From Promethearchaeota archaeon (lineage in GTDB: Archaea > Asgardarchaeota > Lokiarchaeia > Sigyniarchaeales > SOKP01), in the NCBI GenBank assembly GCA_019058445.1, contig JAHPZA010000006.1, forward strand, positions 1,132,943 to 1,196,942: DNA of 64,000 nucleotides, given 5' to 3'. Shown one piece after another: positions 16,039 to 26,800 of the stretch; the first letter of the stretch is position 1, and each line of letters opens with the position of its first letter. A program made the position numbers and the translations under genes. Below the pieces are notes generated by a model. The model ran no database searches, was not told the DNA's origin, and saw only the letters and a program-made list of their open reading frames with translations.

Positions 16039-17496
16039 TTAAGCCGTTTCTGTTGCGACTTGACCAGTCTCACCTGACTGTTCTTCTTTTTCTTCTCCAA
16101 GAGGTTGCTCCTTTTTTACATAATCTCCAACTGAAGCAAGAATTTCTTTAATACGACCTTCTTGTTTTAATCTAATTATTAAATTTCTGTGCTTAATATA
16201 TGAAATTGAATAAGAAATCACAGGAAAAATGAGCATAAATGGAACTAATAGAATAATTATAACTTCAGGTGAATACATTGCAATACTTTCTGTGATAGCG
16301 GGTGGTAAGTTAAATACATTTATAAAAAACCAACGAGGATGAATGATTATGAAACTTATAATGATCAATAGAGTTAATCTAAAAAAGAAATTTAATATTG
16401 TAGAGGTTATCAAACTCTGGGCCCGAGGGGCAGATGAAGCCGCAGTTAATGTATCTGTCGCTTCTGGGTCTTCTCTAAATAGCCGATCTATATATCTTCC
16501 TAATCTTCTTGTTTTAGATGCGGCAGAAACAAGTTTCTTTTCTTCCTCTTCCAATTTTCTCTTCTCAATCATTTCCTTTACATAAGAAAATCGATAAGTT
16601 GTTTTAGCCAAAAATTTGCTAATTTTAGGTTCTTCTAATCCAAGTTCTTCTCTCCTTTTTTTAGCTTCTTCTTTTATTTTATCAACATTAGCAGTTATTA
16701 GTTGACTTTCTCTTTTAATTATTCCTAATTGGGTTTCCAATCGGTCACTTCTTTCTAATGAGGGTTTTGTAACCGTATCAGCATAATTAATTTGAAAAGA
16801 AATCTCTAAATAAATGTAACAAATAATTGCAAGCAGAGCAGCAGGACTTGCTAAAAATCTGAAAAAATTATCAAGAGGTATATTTGTTAACTCGTGAGAT
16901 ACAGGATTTTCTAATTTCTCTAAGAAATCAACTTTAATAGCGAAAAGGTCCAACATATCTCTTAAGCCAAATACCATTAAAGGCAAAACTAACATCATTA
17001 TTAAACCCCCCATAGCAGTTAGACTATACTTTGGATCAGTATTAAAAATTGCGCGAACGAAGAATAAGATCGCAACTAGAAAAAATATTTGAAACGCAAA
17101 TAAATAAATATCATTTAAAAATATGGTGAGTTCTTGAGATACCAAATTAGGTATTTCATATAAAGCTGGATCTTCACCTGAGGGGAAAAACCATAAGCTT
17201 AAATATTTTCTAAAAAAAGCGTCTAAAAAGCTATACATAAATGCAGCATAATAATTTGGGAAAAAAGTAAATAATCTAGAAATCCCAAATGAAATAAAAT
17301 TGGCAATGGATAATAAACATAAATATATGAAATAGGCGAATACGTTCTTTAATGCATTAAAAAAATCAAATATAACAAGGTCCCCTGTAGGAGTATAAAT
17401 GACTTTTCTGAAATTAAAAATACTACTAAAAACTATTAGTAAGATAATAACAATTCCATTATTTATAAGACTTAGAATATAAATATATTTCCGCAT
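16039..17496 (-). CDS. Multi-pass membrane protein with cytoplasmic coiled coil (last gene of the MoxR operon)
   Basis: Several hydrophobic segments flanking a charged EEAKKRREE..EEEEKK helix; 3 nt from the DUF58 stop. Confidence 0.75.
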   Translation of the reverse strand: MRKYIYILSLINNGIVIILLIVFSSIFNFRKVIYTPTGDLVIFDFFNALKNVFAYFIYLCLLSIANFISFGISRLFTFFPNYYAAFMYSFLDAFFRKYLSLWFFPSGEDPALYEIPNLVSQELTIFLNDIYLFAFQIFFLVAILFFVRAIFNTDPKYSLTAMGGLIMMLVLPLMVFGLRDMLDLFAIKVDFLEKLENPVSHELTNIPLDNFFRFLASPAALLAIICYIYLEISFQINYADTVTKPSLERSDRLETQLGIIKRESQLITANVDKIKEEAKKRREELGLEEPKISKFLAKTTYRFSYVKEMIEKRKLEEEEKKLVSAASKTRRLGRYIDRLFREDPEATDTLTAASSAPRAQSLITSTILNFFFRLTLLIIISFIIIHPRWFFINVFNLPPAITESIAMYSPEVIIILLVPFMLIFPVISYSISYIKHRNLIIRLKQEGRIKEILASVGDYVKKEQPLGEEKEEQSGETGQVATETA

Positions 17497-17499
17497 AGT

Positions 17500-18828
17500 T
17501 TAATATGCACTTCCTTTTTTTTTAGCGTCTAAATAATTTTTCAAAACCATATGCATCATGTCATCTGGTCCAACAGATGATAGATTAACTCCTAGATTCC
17601 TAACTTCTTGTTTAATTGTGAGAATATGCTCCATCATTTCCTCACTTATGGCCTCAGCTAAAGCCTTATCAGTTGTGGATAAATCCGTTTCATGAATTTC
17701 AAACCAAGGACTAAATGGATTGATCATCATAATTGAATGCTTGTATGGGATTAATTTTCTTATTGCTGCATTTATATCTTTAACATCTGCTTCTAAATCA
17801 GATATTATGAATACCAATGAACGTTTTTGAAATCTTTTTATAAAATAATCAAAAGCTTCGAGCATTTTACATTTTCCTTGAGGTTTAACTTTCGCCACAA
17901 AATCTAAAACTCGATAAAATTGATCCTCACCTCCTCCAGGCTTTAAAAAGGTTAAATTCTTTTTATTTGAAAATGTAAATACACCTACACGATCTCGACG
18001 TGTGAGAGCAACTCTAGTTAAAAGCATACAAGCTCTAATTGCATATTCAAATTTTGTATTTTCAATCGCCCCACCTGCCATTGTTTCTGAAGAGTCCACT
18101 AAAATCATTACTGTTATATCCCGTTCACTCTCAAATTCTTTTACGATTAATTTTTGAGTTCTTGCCGAAGCTTTCCAATCTATTAATCTATATTGATCTC
18201 CAAAAACATATTTTCTCATTCCGTAAAATTCTGAGCCTAATCCTTTTTGTTTTGAGCGTTGAATACCATAATTTAATAATAGTGATCTTTTGGAGCCAAG
18301 TATTTCAATTCTTTTAATATCCTCATAGGGAGGATATACCAAAATATCAGTTACGCTGTCAGGCACTATTCTTTCTAGTGAATTAAATCTTAACCTATCT
18401 TTCACAATCACAGATAAGGGGCCAAGTGGATATTCACCTCTCACTTTTGGTTCAAGGACATAAGAAAATTTTATAACACTTTTAGGGGCAATTCTAGTTG
18501 AGATAAAGTTTTCACCTAATACTAGTCTAAAGAGCTGTGGATTAAAATAATCTCTGATTTCAATAAAATCAAAGCTAGATTTGCTTAAATTCTCTATTAC
18601 AACTTTAATATGAACAAAATCATCTTTAAATACTTTCTCTTTTTCAAGTTCTCTATGCACACGTAATTCTTCAACGTTCATTTGATAATGAAATATCGGT
18701 AAGCTAATAATCGTACTAAAAAGCAATAATAGGGCAAAATAAATCAAAAAATAATTTACGAATGCAAATCCAGCAGTGAGAAAAAACACTGCAAATAAAA
18801 CTAGGACTCTACCTTTTCCACCGATAAT
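17500..18828 (-). CDS. DUF58 (VWA-like) protein; start uncertain (ATT 18828 or GTG 18789)
   Basis: RGEYPLGPL, VYPP, EFYGMRKYVFGDQYRLIDWKASAR, VKEFESE, DSSETM, ISD. Confidence 0.9.
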   Translation of the reverse strand: MIGGKGRVLVLFAVFFLTAGFAFVNYFLIYFALLLLFSTIISLPIFHYQMNVEELRVHRELEKEKVFKDDFVHIKVVIENLSKSSFDFIEIRDYFNPQLFRLVLGENFISTRIAPKSVIKFSYVLEPKVRGEYPLGPLSVIVKDRLRFNSLERIVPDSVTDILVYPPYEDIKRIEILGSKRSLLLNYGIQRSKQKGLGSEFYGMRKYVFGDQYRLIDWKASARTQKLIVKEFESERDITVMILVDSSETMAGGAIENTKFEYAIRACMLLTRVALTRRDRVGVFTFSNKKNLTFLKPGGGEDQFYRVLDFVAKVKPQGKCKMLEAFDYFIKRFQKRSLVFIISDLEADVKDINAAIRKLIPYKHSIMMINPFSPWFEIHETDLSTTDKALAEAISEEMMEHILTIKQEVRNLGVNLSSVGPDDMMHMVLKNYLDAKKKGSAY

Positions 18829-18917
18829 ATGAGTTCACCATTTTTACTTATTTTAATTATCTTGATATGCTTCGTAATTTATTTTATTCATTAAGAGCTC
18901 AAATAAAAAAGGGATTT

Positions 18918-19895
18918 TTATATCGGAACCGGTATTTCTTCGATAATATTTTTAATAACTGCTTTCACATCCAAACCTTCAAGCTCAGCTTCGGGCTTTA
19001 ATAGAATTCTGTGATTTAGAGCAGCTACGGTCAATGCTCTTACATCATCTGGTGTTACATATTTTCGACCTAAAATCGCAGCTCGTGCTTTAGAAGTTTT
19101 CATGAGCACTAAACTTGCTCTCGGGCCACAACCCAAAGCAACTTGAGGGTGACCTCTCGTCTTGAGAACAATATCTCTTATATATTTAAGGATTCTATCA
19201 TCAATGTATACTGAATTTATTAATCTTTGGGCTGCAAGAATCTCATCACCGGAAGTTACATGATCTACAGAAGGAGATTCTCCCCCTAACTGTCTTCTTA
19301 ATATTTCTACTTCTTCGTCCTGTTCCGGGTAATCAAGCCATAATTTAAAAAGAAATCTATCAACTTGGGCTTCAGGTAAAGGGTAAGTTCCCTCCATTTC
19401 CACTGGATTTTCGGTTGCTATCACTATGAAAGGTTTTTCTAAAGGTAGTGTTTCTCCTTCAATTGTTACTTGTCTTTCGGCCATTGCTTCTAGTAATGCG
19501 GCTTGGGTTTTTGGAGCACTTCTATTGATTTCATCAGATAGAACTACATTCGCAAAAACAGGTCCTTTTTGTAAGACAAAAGTACCTTCCTCCTGTGAGA
19601 AAATTTTTGTTCCAGTTATATCAGAGGGCAGTAGATCAGGGGTAAATTGAATTCTTCTAAAACTAATTCCCAATGTATTTGCAAAGGTCTTCGCCATCAC
19701 AGTTTTACCAAGTCCTGGGACACCTTCTAAAAGAACATGTCCATTTACAAGTAAAGCAATGAATAGCTGCTGAAGAATTTCTCCATTACCTACAATTACT
19801 CTAGAAACTTCTGATAAGACATCCTGAGCGATTTCTCTTATTGGAGTTACATCTAAATCCTGGTTTTGATATTGAGCTTTTTCTGGAGCTTCCAT
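18918..19895 (-). CDS. MoxR-family AAA+ ATPase (MoxR-proper type)
   Basis: GHVLLEGVPGLGKT, RIQFTPDLLPSDITG, DEINR, LLEAM, EGTYPLPEAQVDRF. Confidence 0.96.
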   Translation of the reverse strand: MEAPEKAQYQNQDLDVTPIREIAQDVLSEVSRVIVGNGEILQQLFIALLVNGHVLLEGVPGLGKTVMAKTFANTLGISFRRIQFTPDLLPSDITGTKIFSQEEGTFVLQKGPVFANVVLSDEINRSAPKTQAALLEAMAERQVTIEGETLPLEKPFIVIATENPVEMEGTYPLPEAQVDRFLFKLWLDYPEQDEEVEILRRQLGGESPSVDHVTSGDEILAAQRLINSVYIDDRILKYIRDIVLKTRGHPQVALGCGPRASLVLMKTSKARAAILGRKYVTPDDVRALTVAALNHRILLKPEAELEGLDVKAVIKNIIEEIPVPI

Positions 19896-19936
19896 TATTT
19901 TTTCACTCTTTTTTTATTTAATTTTTTTTATATAAG

Positions 19937-21688
19937 TTAAATGTTTTGGACCATCCATTCCATTTCAAAAAACAATTCTTCAAAATTTCTTTCATCTTTT
20001 ATGTTTTTTCTTCCTTTTTTTATTGTTAAAATCGTGTCCATAAAGCGCGTTATTCTTCTAATTTTATGTCGAGGAATATTAGGTTCTTTATCTTTGACCA
20101 TCTCTAACACATTTTTAGTAGTTATTTGAGTCCCTTCAAGTTGTGTATTTAATTTTCTTTCTAGTCTTCTATATAACAAGGTTAGCGCTTTATCATATTT
20201 ACTTTTATCTCGATACCATTCAATTTTTTTAGCAAAGAAGGATGAAGTTCTAAATCGTGCTAATTCTTCTTTTTTTTCTTCTTCTGCTGCTTTTTTTTTC
20301 TCCTTTTTTTCATCTTTTTTAGGTAAATATCTTCTTAAGGTGTATACTGCTAAAAGAGGATATATCCAAGCTGTAAGAGGATTTGTAGATAGTTGAACAA
20401 TATATTGTATAATAAATCCAAATATACCAGCAGAAGATATATCTCTTGACCTTTCAGGACGAATATGTGCCTCATCAAATACAACCATCCACTCATCTTG
20501 GTCATCTTCTTCGCTACGAGTAAGCCATTTAATAATGTTTACGGCAAAATTTTGATTATCATACCCATCTTCATTTAGCAATTCATTATTAAATAAACTT
20601 GCATCAGCAGATACGAAAATTCGGGCATCTCCCGTATCTTTTGCCATAAATGGAGCTTGTGGGTATCCTCCCAGAGGAACTTTGGTTAATTCTTCAGGAA
20701 AATCTTCACCAATCGTATCAGCAATAAATTCTATATCAATATTATCATCATCATAATCATACATCTGGTCATCATTCATATCAACAAAGCTATATATGCT
20801 TGAATATCCTATAACATCCCAGCCTGAAAATTCAATGAAAGGCCCTCCAACTGCTGCTGAACTTTGCGACAAAATGACTTTATCGATTCCACTTGTTGTT
20901 GGGTGCTCAGTAAAAGTCTTTATTATAGGGAAATCTGGACTCGTATCATACGATTCATTATCTCTTAATACACCATCGGGAAAAATTGTTATAGGTACTG
21001 CGTCTTGTACATCTGGGTCAATCATATTTGCCAGAAATATTTCATACAATAAATTACTTGTAGACCCATAGTCATGACATATTAAAAGAGAGTTTCCCTG
21101 TTCAAAAAACTCCATGAAGTATGGTATCTCATTAAAGGGATTATAAAATTGATTTGTCCCTACTAGAACTAAACAAATTTTTTTATCCAAACGCTTTGTT
21201 GCACTTAAACTCGATTGAATATTATAACAATCAAAGCCCTCATCTTCTAGCAGTTTTTTAAGATCAGATGATCCATTCCAGTCATCATTATAAACAGAGA
21301 AATTTTGGTCATTTTCACCCTGATCTATAATAGGGGCAAATAAGGGGACAAATGAGAAGATAAAGATCAGTAAAAATAATGCTTGCTTATATATTGAACC
21401 AGCTTTAATTTTTTTTCTGGATTTAACTTCACGTGTTTTTTGCATTCTCGTATTTCTTATAAAAATAATTAAACTTATACCTGTAAATCCCGCACCAAGA
21501 TAGCATAATAAAGGTAAATAATTCATGAAGGATCTTAATTCTCCTGGACGAGATTGATTATAAGAACTAATAAAAACTGAAATTACAATTCCGAAAATAA
21601 TTAAATATACTGTAAAGAATCCCAAAATTATACCTTTTGAAACATTTACACTTTTTTCGGAAGATTTTCCGCCTTTTACTTTTACCAT
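19937..21688 (-). CDS. Membrane protein with DUF4350/GldG-like extracellular domain
   Basis: 3 N-terminal TMs; FSVYNDDWNGSSDL, ADASLFNNE..DNQNFAVN, VFDEAH; typical MoxR-operon member. Confidence 0.75.
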   Translation of the reverse strand: MVKVKGGKSSEKSVNVSKGIILGFFTVYLIIFGIVISVFISSYNQSRPGELRSFMNYLPLLCYLGAGFTGISLIIFIRNTRMQKTREVKSRKKIKAGSIYKQALFLLIFIFSFVPLFAPIIDQGENDQNFSVYNDDWNGSSDLKKLLEDEGFDCYNIQSSLSATKRLDKKICLVLVGTNQFYNPFNEIPYFMEFFEQGNSLLICHDYGSTSNLLYEIFLANMIDPDVQDAVPITIFPDGVLRDNESYDTSPDFPIIKTFTEHPTTSGIDKVILSQSSAAVGGPFIEFSGWDVIGYSSIYSFVDMNDDQMYDYDDDNIDIEFIADTIGEDFPEELTKVPLGGYPQAPFMAKDTGDARIFVSADASLFNNELLNEDGYDNQNFAVNIIKWLTRSEEDDQDEWMVVFDEAHIRPERSRDISSAGIFGFIIQYIVQLSTNPLTAWIYPLLAVYTLRRYLPKKDEKKEKKKAAEEEKKEELARFRTSSFFAKKIEWYRDKSKYDKALTLLYRRLERKLNTQLEGTQITTKNVLEMVKDKEPNIPRHKIRRITRFMDTILTIKKGRKNIKDERNFEELFFEMEWMVQNI

Positions 21689-21722
21689 CTTAATTTTATT
21701 CTATTTTTTATTTACATTTAAA

Positions 21723-22109
21723 CTACAAACTGTAAGAAAAGGATTTATTAGTTATTTCTTGATATAACGTTGAAAACAATTCTATTGTATATTCAAATTC
21801 CTTAGGAGTTGGTTCGAGACCACCATATATGATGTCTTCGATCTTTTTAATGAAAGGATATACAGATTCTGGTTTTTGTCCTAATTGATTAACACATGTT
21901 ATTGCATACTCTCGAATGGTTTGGTACGGTAATCTAGGTTTTTTATGCTTTAAGCTTACTATATCATTGTATATAAGATAAATATAGGCTATTGCTTCTT
22001 TAGGTCTGCCGGTATCTATCAAAATCTTCACATTTTTGAATCTTTTCTTAATATTAAACTCTGGTTCTTGACCTTTCTTTTTCTTTTTTTTTCCTGTTAT
22101 ACTTACCAT
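21723..22109 (-). CDS. Small cytoplasmic DUF4129-like protein
   Basis: Clear paralog of the C-terminal domain of 22236-23867 (KILxDTGRxxEA..TIRxxAI..YPFIxxxExIIY). Confidence 0.75.
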   Translation of the reverse strand: MVSITGKKKKKKGQEPEFNIKKRFKNVKILIDTGRPKEAIAYIYLIYNDIVSLKHKKPRLPYQTIREYAITCVNQLGQKPESVYPFIKKIEDIIYGGLEPTPKEFEYTIELFSTLYQEITNKSFSYSL

Positions 22110-22235
22110 TTTACTAACCTATCGCTTTATTACTTTTAAACAATTTAATAATTTTTTATATGTTTATATTTTTTTGTACTTCTTTTACTTTTATTGCTTT
22201 ATTTTTTATTTTGTTATGTGAATAAGAATGTATAT

Positions 22236-23867
22236 TTAAAAATTTAATATAAAATTATAGCCAGTTAATTCAAAATATATTGGTGAAAAAAGTGCTACAG
22301 CAGTATAGAAATCATCTTCGTTTATAATATAAGGTCTATCGTAAATAATTTTTTCAACATTTTGTATGAACGGATAAATATTATTTGGTTTAAGATTTAA
22401 TTCTTTCACTGAAATAATGGCGAAATCTCTAATCGTTTCTGTAGATTTCTTAATTCTACCATATTTTGCATTGATAAGTTCTAAATATATCGACTGAAAC
22501 AAGTAAGACAGAGCCTCCTCTAACCTTCCCGTATCTTTGAGAATTTTAAGATTTCGAATTCTGCTTTCAAGTGGGAGTTTTACTAACATAGATTCTTCTT
22601 TTTGTTTCTTTAAGAAGAAATACGCATAAATAGCAAATGCGACAACACCACCTATAATAATGGGTATTAATACCAAGAAGAAATTGAAAAAAGGAGGATC
22701 TTTTGGTTCATCTTTTCCGCTTGGTGAGGATGTTTCAGAGATAATTGCACCTGTTATGGAAATATAATGCGTTGTATTCGATTGAATATTCAGTCCAAGC
22801 GAATTAACAACATCTACATCAATTGCTTTATTACCAAGACCAGAAGGTATATAGAAAGTAAATTGAAAATTTCCAATATCATCAGTAGTTGCACTTCCTT
22901 CTAGTTGGTTATCATAATATATATTAACTAAACGGTTACTTATTTCAATATTTGTATTATTGCTATCTACTATTTGCCCACTTATTATAATTTGTTGTCC
23001 TTCTGATGCAGATGATACCGTATTCCATATACACGTAATATTCCTAAATAATTTAACAGAAATTTCTGTATATGAACCATTAACATACTCTCCATTACCC
23101 GAATATGTAAAATTCAGAGATAATGTATCAGAATGATTATCAGGGGGAATTGTTAATGGGCTAGGAAAAGAACCATCTGGATTTGTACTAAAGGGAGTAT
23201 TATCTTTAACTTTAACAGAGTTGTTTAACCAAGAACTATATATTTGTTGGTTAGGGATTCCTGATTGATTATCAAATCTTAAAGTGCCTGGTATGGTGAA
23301 ATCTTCTCCTGGAATGCCGGGACTCCAGTTACTTATGTCAAAATAAGAAGTAGCATTTGAATAAATTATAAAAAAATTCATTTGTATGACTGTTTCACTT
23401 GGATCTAAAATATTTACTTTAATTTCGTGTCCAGAATAGATATTTAAAGAATATGGAATTGTAAAATTTATTTTAAATTCACCTGTGGAATCAGTTGTTG
23501 CATTAAAATTTGAATTTAGAGCGCCATTTATTTCAATACCTACTTCATAGCCGGATAATCCTCCTCCTCCTCCATCAAACAATTCTCCTATGATGGGAAT
23601 TGTTTCATTATGATAATGTTGAGTTTTATTAATTTCTGTATTTGTGAGATTTATAAAGCCTAAAAACGATGATAATTGAGGAGTTTCGTAATATTTTTCA
23701 TTTATATTATCACTATGAGATGTTTTATTATTATTTTCATTATTATTAAAATTTATATATATGGCTGTAAAAAAATAGGCTGGAAAAACTAAAGCAATTA
23801 ATAAGATCAATATTGAAATTTTTCTGATGTCCTTCTGAGCTACAAGTTTAAATCTCAATATTCTCAT
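22236..23867 (-). CDS. Membrane-anchored Ig-like surface protein with cytoplasmic DUF4129-like tail
   Basis: N-terminal TM; repeats of TTDxxGxF; many NxS/T sequons; second TM near residue 395-420. Confidence 0.8.
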   Translation of the reverse strand: MRILRFKLVAQKDIRKISILILLIALVFPAYFFTAIYINFNNNENNNKTSHSDNINEKYYETPQLSSFLGFINLTNTEINKTQHYHNETIPIIGELFDGGGGGLSGYEVGIEINGALNSNFNATTDSTGEFKINFTIPYSLNIYSGHEIKVNILDPSETVIQMNFFIIYSNATSYFDISNWSPGIPGEDFTIPGTLRFDNQSGIPNQQIYSSWLNNSVKVKDNTPFSTNPDGSFPSPLTIPPDNHSDTLSLNFTYSGNGEYVNGSYTEISVKLFRNITCIWNTVSSASEGQQIIISGQIVDSNNTNIEISNRLVNIYYDNQLEGSATTDDIGNFQFTFYIPSGLGNKAIDVDVVNSLGLNIQSNTTHYISITGAIISETSSPSGKDEPKDPPFFNFFLVLIPIIIGGVVAFAIYAYFFLKKQKEESMLVKLPLESRIRNLKILKDTGRLEEALSYLFQSIYLELINAKYGRIKKSTETIRDFAIISVKELNLKPNNIYPFIQNVEKIIYDRPYIINEDDFYTAVALFSPIYFELTGYNFILNF

Positions 23868-23888
23868 TAATAATTACCTTTATTTAGA

Positions 23889-26800
23889 CTATACAAAACT
23901 TATATTAGAACTTTCAACATACTCAAGATTGTTATCTTCAGGTTCAAAATATACAATAATTTGAGTAGCAATTCTCAAATTAGGCCAATTTTCATTAATT
24001 AATAATAATCCATGGAATTCTCCTGAAGCATCTGTAATGACAGTGTCATTATATGCAATTATTGTGCCATTAAGGGCGTATTGAATGGTGATATTAACTT
24101 TCATACCTGCCATTAGAGTTAAGTTATCCCAATATAATTCTCCAATAACATGAAGTACGTCATTTTCAACCCAGATTTTACTTAAAAGAGGTATACTCGG
24201 ATACATTTGTTCGGTATTAGTATAATAATCGATCTGGGCCATATTTGTTCCCGCTGTTACATTTAACCCTATATAATTACTGCTACTACTTACCATATAA
24301 TTTGGAATTAGATCTATACCCGGGACTTCAGAAAGCTGGATAGTTCCATTAAAATCTACTCGAATATAGTATAGTCCCTGAGGACATGTTATATTAATAT
24401 AATTAATATTAAAGAGATAATACCCACTCGCACTAGTTAAAGCATAGATATTACCCCCAATTAAATATTGTGAAACATTATTATAATTTTTATCATATAA
24501 TAACAATCTTACTAATAAACCTCTCATTGGTCGCCCGTTTTCTTCCACATAACCACTGATGGTTAAACTACCATCATTCCTTTGGATTATATTAGGGGAA
24601 ACAAGTGGATCAGGATAAAAACTGACAGTTTCATTAATAATTATAAACGTAGAGTTAATTGTTGGATAGGGTTGATCAAATTGGTCATAAAACCTAATAT
24701 TAATTTTGTGAATACCAGCAAAAGTGAACTGTGCTATTGAAATATTAAATTCAACAAAATTGAAAGAGCCATCATATTGACGTTCATCTAAAACTACATT
24801 TGCATCATACACATCAATAATACGTACTCGAGTACCTGATAATGGATTACCTCCACTTTGGATAATAGTAACTTGGAAAGTAGCATTTTCTCCTAGCTTA
24901 TAACGTCCAGGAGGATTAAGTTCATCATAGAGCACTCTAGTTGGATCACCATCAACAGCCAGATAAATTTCAATAGCATTAAGATCAATTACTTCTAACT
25001 CATTTTGGAATTGAGAAGAATTACTGAAAGAAGGAAGATCAAATGTAAATGGATAATCATTGTTTAGATCATAAGTGAAATCAAAAGTCCCATTAAAGTC
25101 AAATCTTAACGAATAATTCCCTATTGGAGTAGTCTCATCAACCTCAAAATCCAAATTAAAACTACCATCAGGTCCAGTAACAAAGGGATAGGATTGTTGT
25201 GGATTTAAATAACCCGAATAATCAAAACCACTCCTAAATAATTTCAACCTTACTTCAGCATAACCAATTGGATTGCCAACCTCATCTGTAATTGTTCCTT
25301 GAATATTGAATGGATCTGAACCACCAGTTTGAATGTTGATGGTTAGAGGAGTTGGGCCAGAAATTAGGTTAACGTGAATTGGTTCATTGAGCACATAATA
25401 TGAATAGTTTCTTACATTTCCCACTTGAGCATACACCAAGGTAGGGCCAGTTTTATTAGTCATTCCAGTGGTATACAAAATTGAGGCATTTCCTTTAGAA
25501 TCTGTAATTGCAGAACCTATAAACAGATCCCCATTTGTATAATCATAGAAATCAACAACCTGTCCGGGGACAAAAGATGAGATTGCAGGATCATATACAA
25601 CGGTAGAAATATTGAGAATTTGACCTCGGTTAATATTTATTAGTGTACTCGGATTTGGAAAATCTGGAAATTTTGTAGGATGTTCGTTAATAGAGAATCG
25701 TAGTTCATAGGTCACCTCTTTTGTAATATTAAGATCTAAGGTATTGCTTGAATCATTAATGTTGTTGAGCACAAAAGGATAATTATACCATGTCCCATTG
25801 AAATCTACTCTCACATAGTACTCTCCAATCGGAATATCTTGATCTACGTCTAGATTTAAATCAAATTCTCCGTTATCATTCGTGATAGCTCCGGGTGGAT
25901 TAAATGGCGCAGGGATAAAGGTATCAGTTCCTTTTTCAAATAAAAGAAAGGTAATAATTGAGTCTCTAACTCCCTTGCCATTAACGGGATCAGAAACATT
26001 TCCTACAATATTAGTAGTATGAACGGATTCAGACAGATTAACCGTTGGTGGATCAAGACTATGAAGATTTACTTCAATTGGAGCTAGAACTGCATATTGA
26101 GTTGTGTTTGAAACAGCAGCATACCTCGCTTCGATAGTATGGGGGCCAACAACCTGAGCAATATCAATAGGTATGAGAATTGATGCTTTTCCATTATAAT
26201 CTGTAGTTGCTGAGGGAAGGCTTATAGTAGGATCAGTCTCATCATAAAAGGATATTTCTTTTCCACTTATAGAAGCTGTAGCGGAGCTAAGAGTGGCCGT
26301 GATATTTGCTTGGGAGAATCTATTATATGTTTCAAAATCAGACTCCACGGTAATATTATAATAAATCAAGGGATTACCACCTATCCCATAACTATCATAT
26401 AAAATATCCATTTGAACCCATCTACCTACCCCAGGACCTGTAGGAACATAGATTTCAGCCCAATTGTAAATATTTTTATATTTAATCGCGTAAGTGTTCT
26501 TTCCCTCCTCAGTATCAAAAAATTGAGTTATATTTCTGCTATTAAAACCGTCTACAAAACGACTGGCAACCCCAAATGCTCTTGTAAAGGCGCAAAATGC
26601 GGAAGCAAATTCAGACCATAAGCCTTCTTCCTTCTCACAAAACCATTCTACTTGATCCTCTCCCTCATCAGGAGGATCATTTAAGAGTTCATAATAATCA
26701 ACATCAAAATTGGATTGAAGATAATTTCTTATTATATTAGCCACCACAAATGCACTATCAACATCTTGATCGATAAGCAAATCTAAAATATCATAATGAA

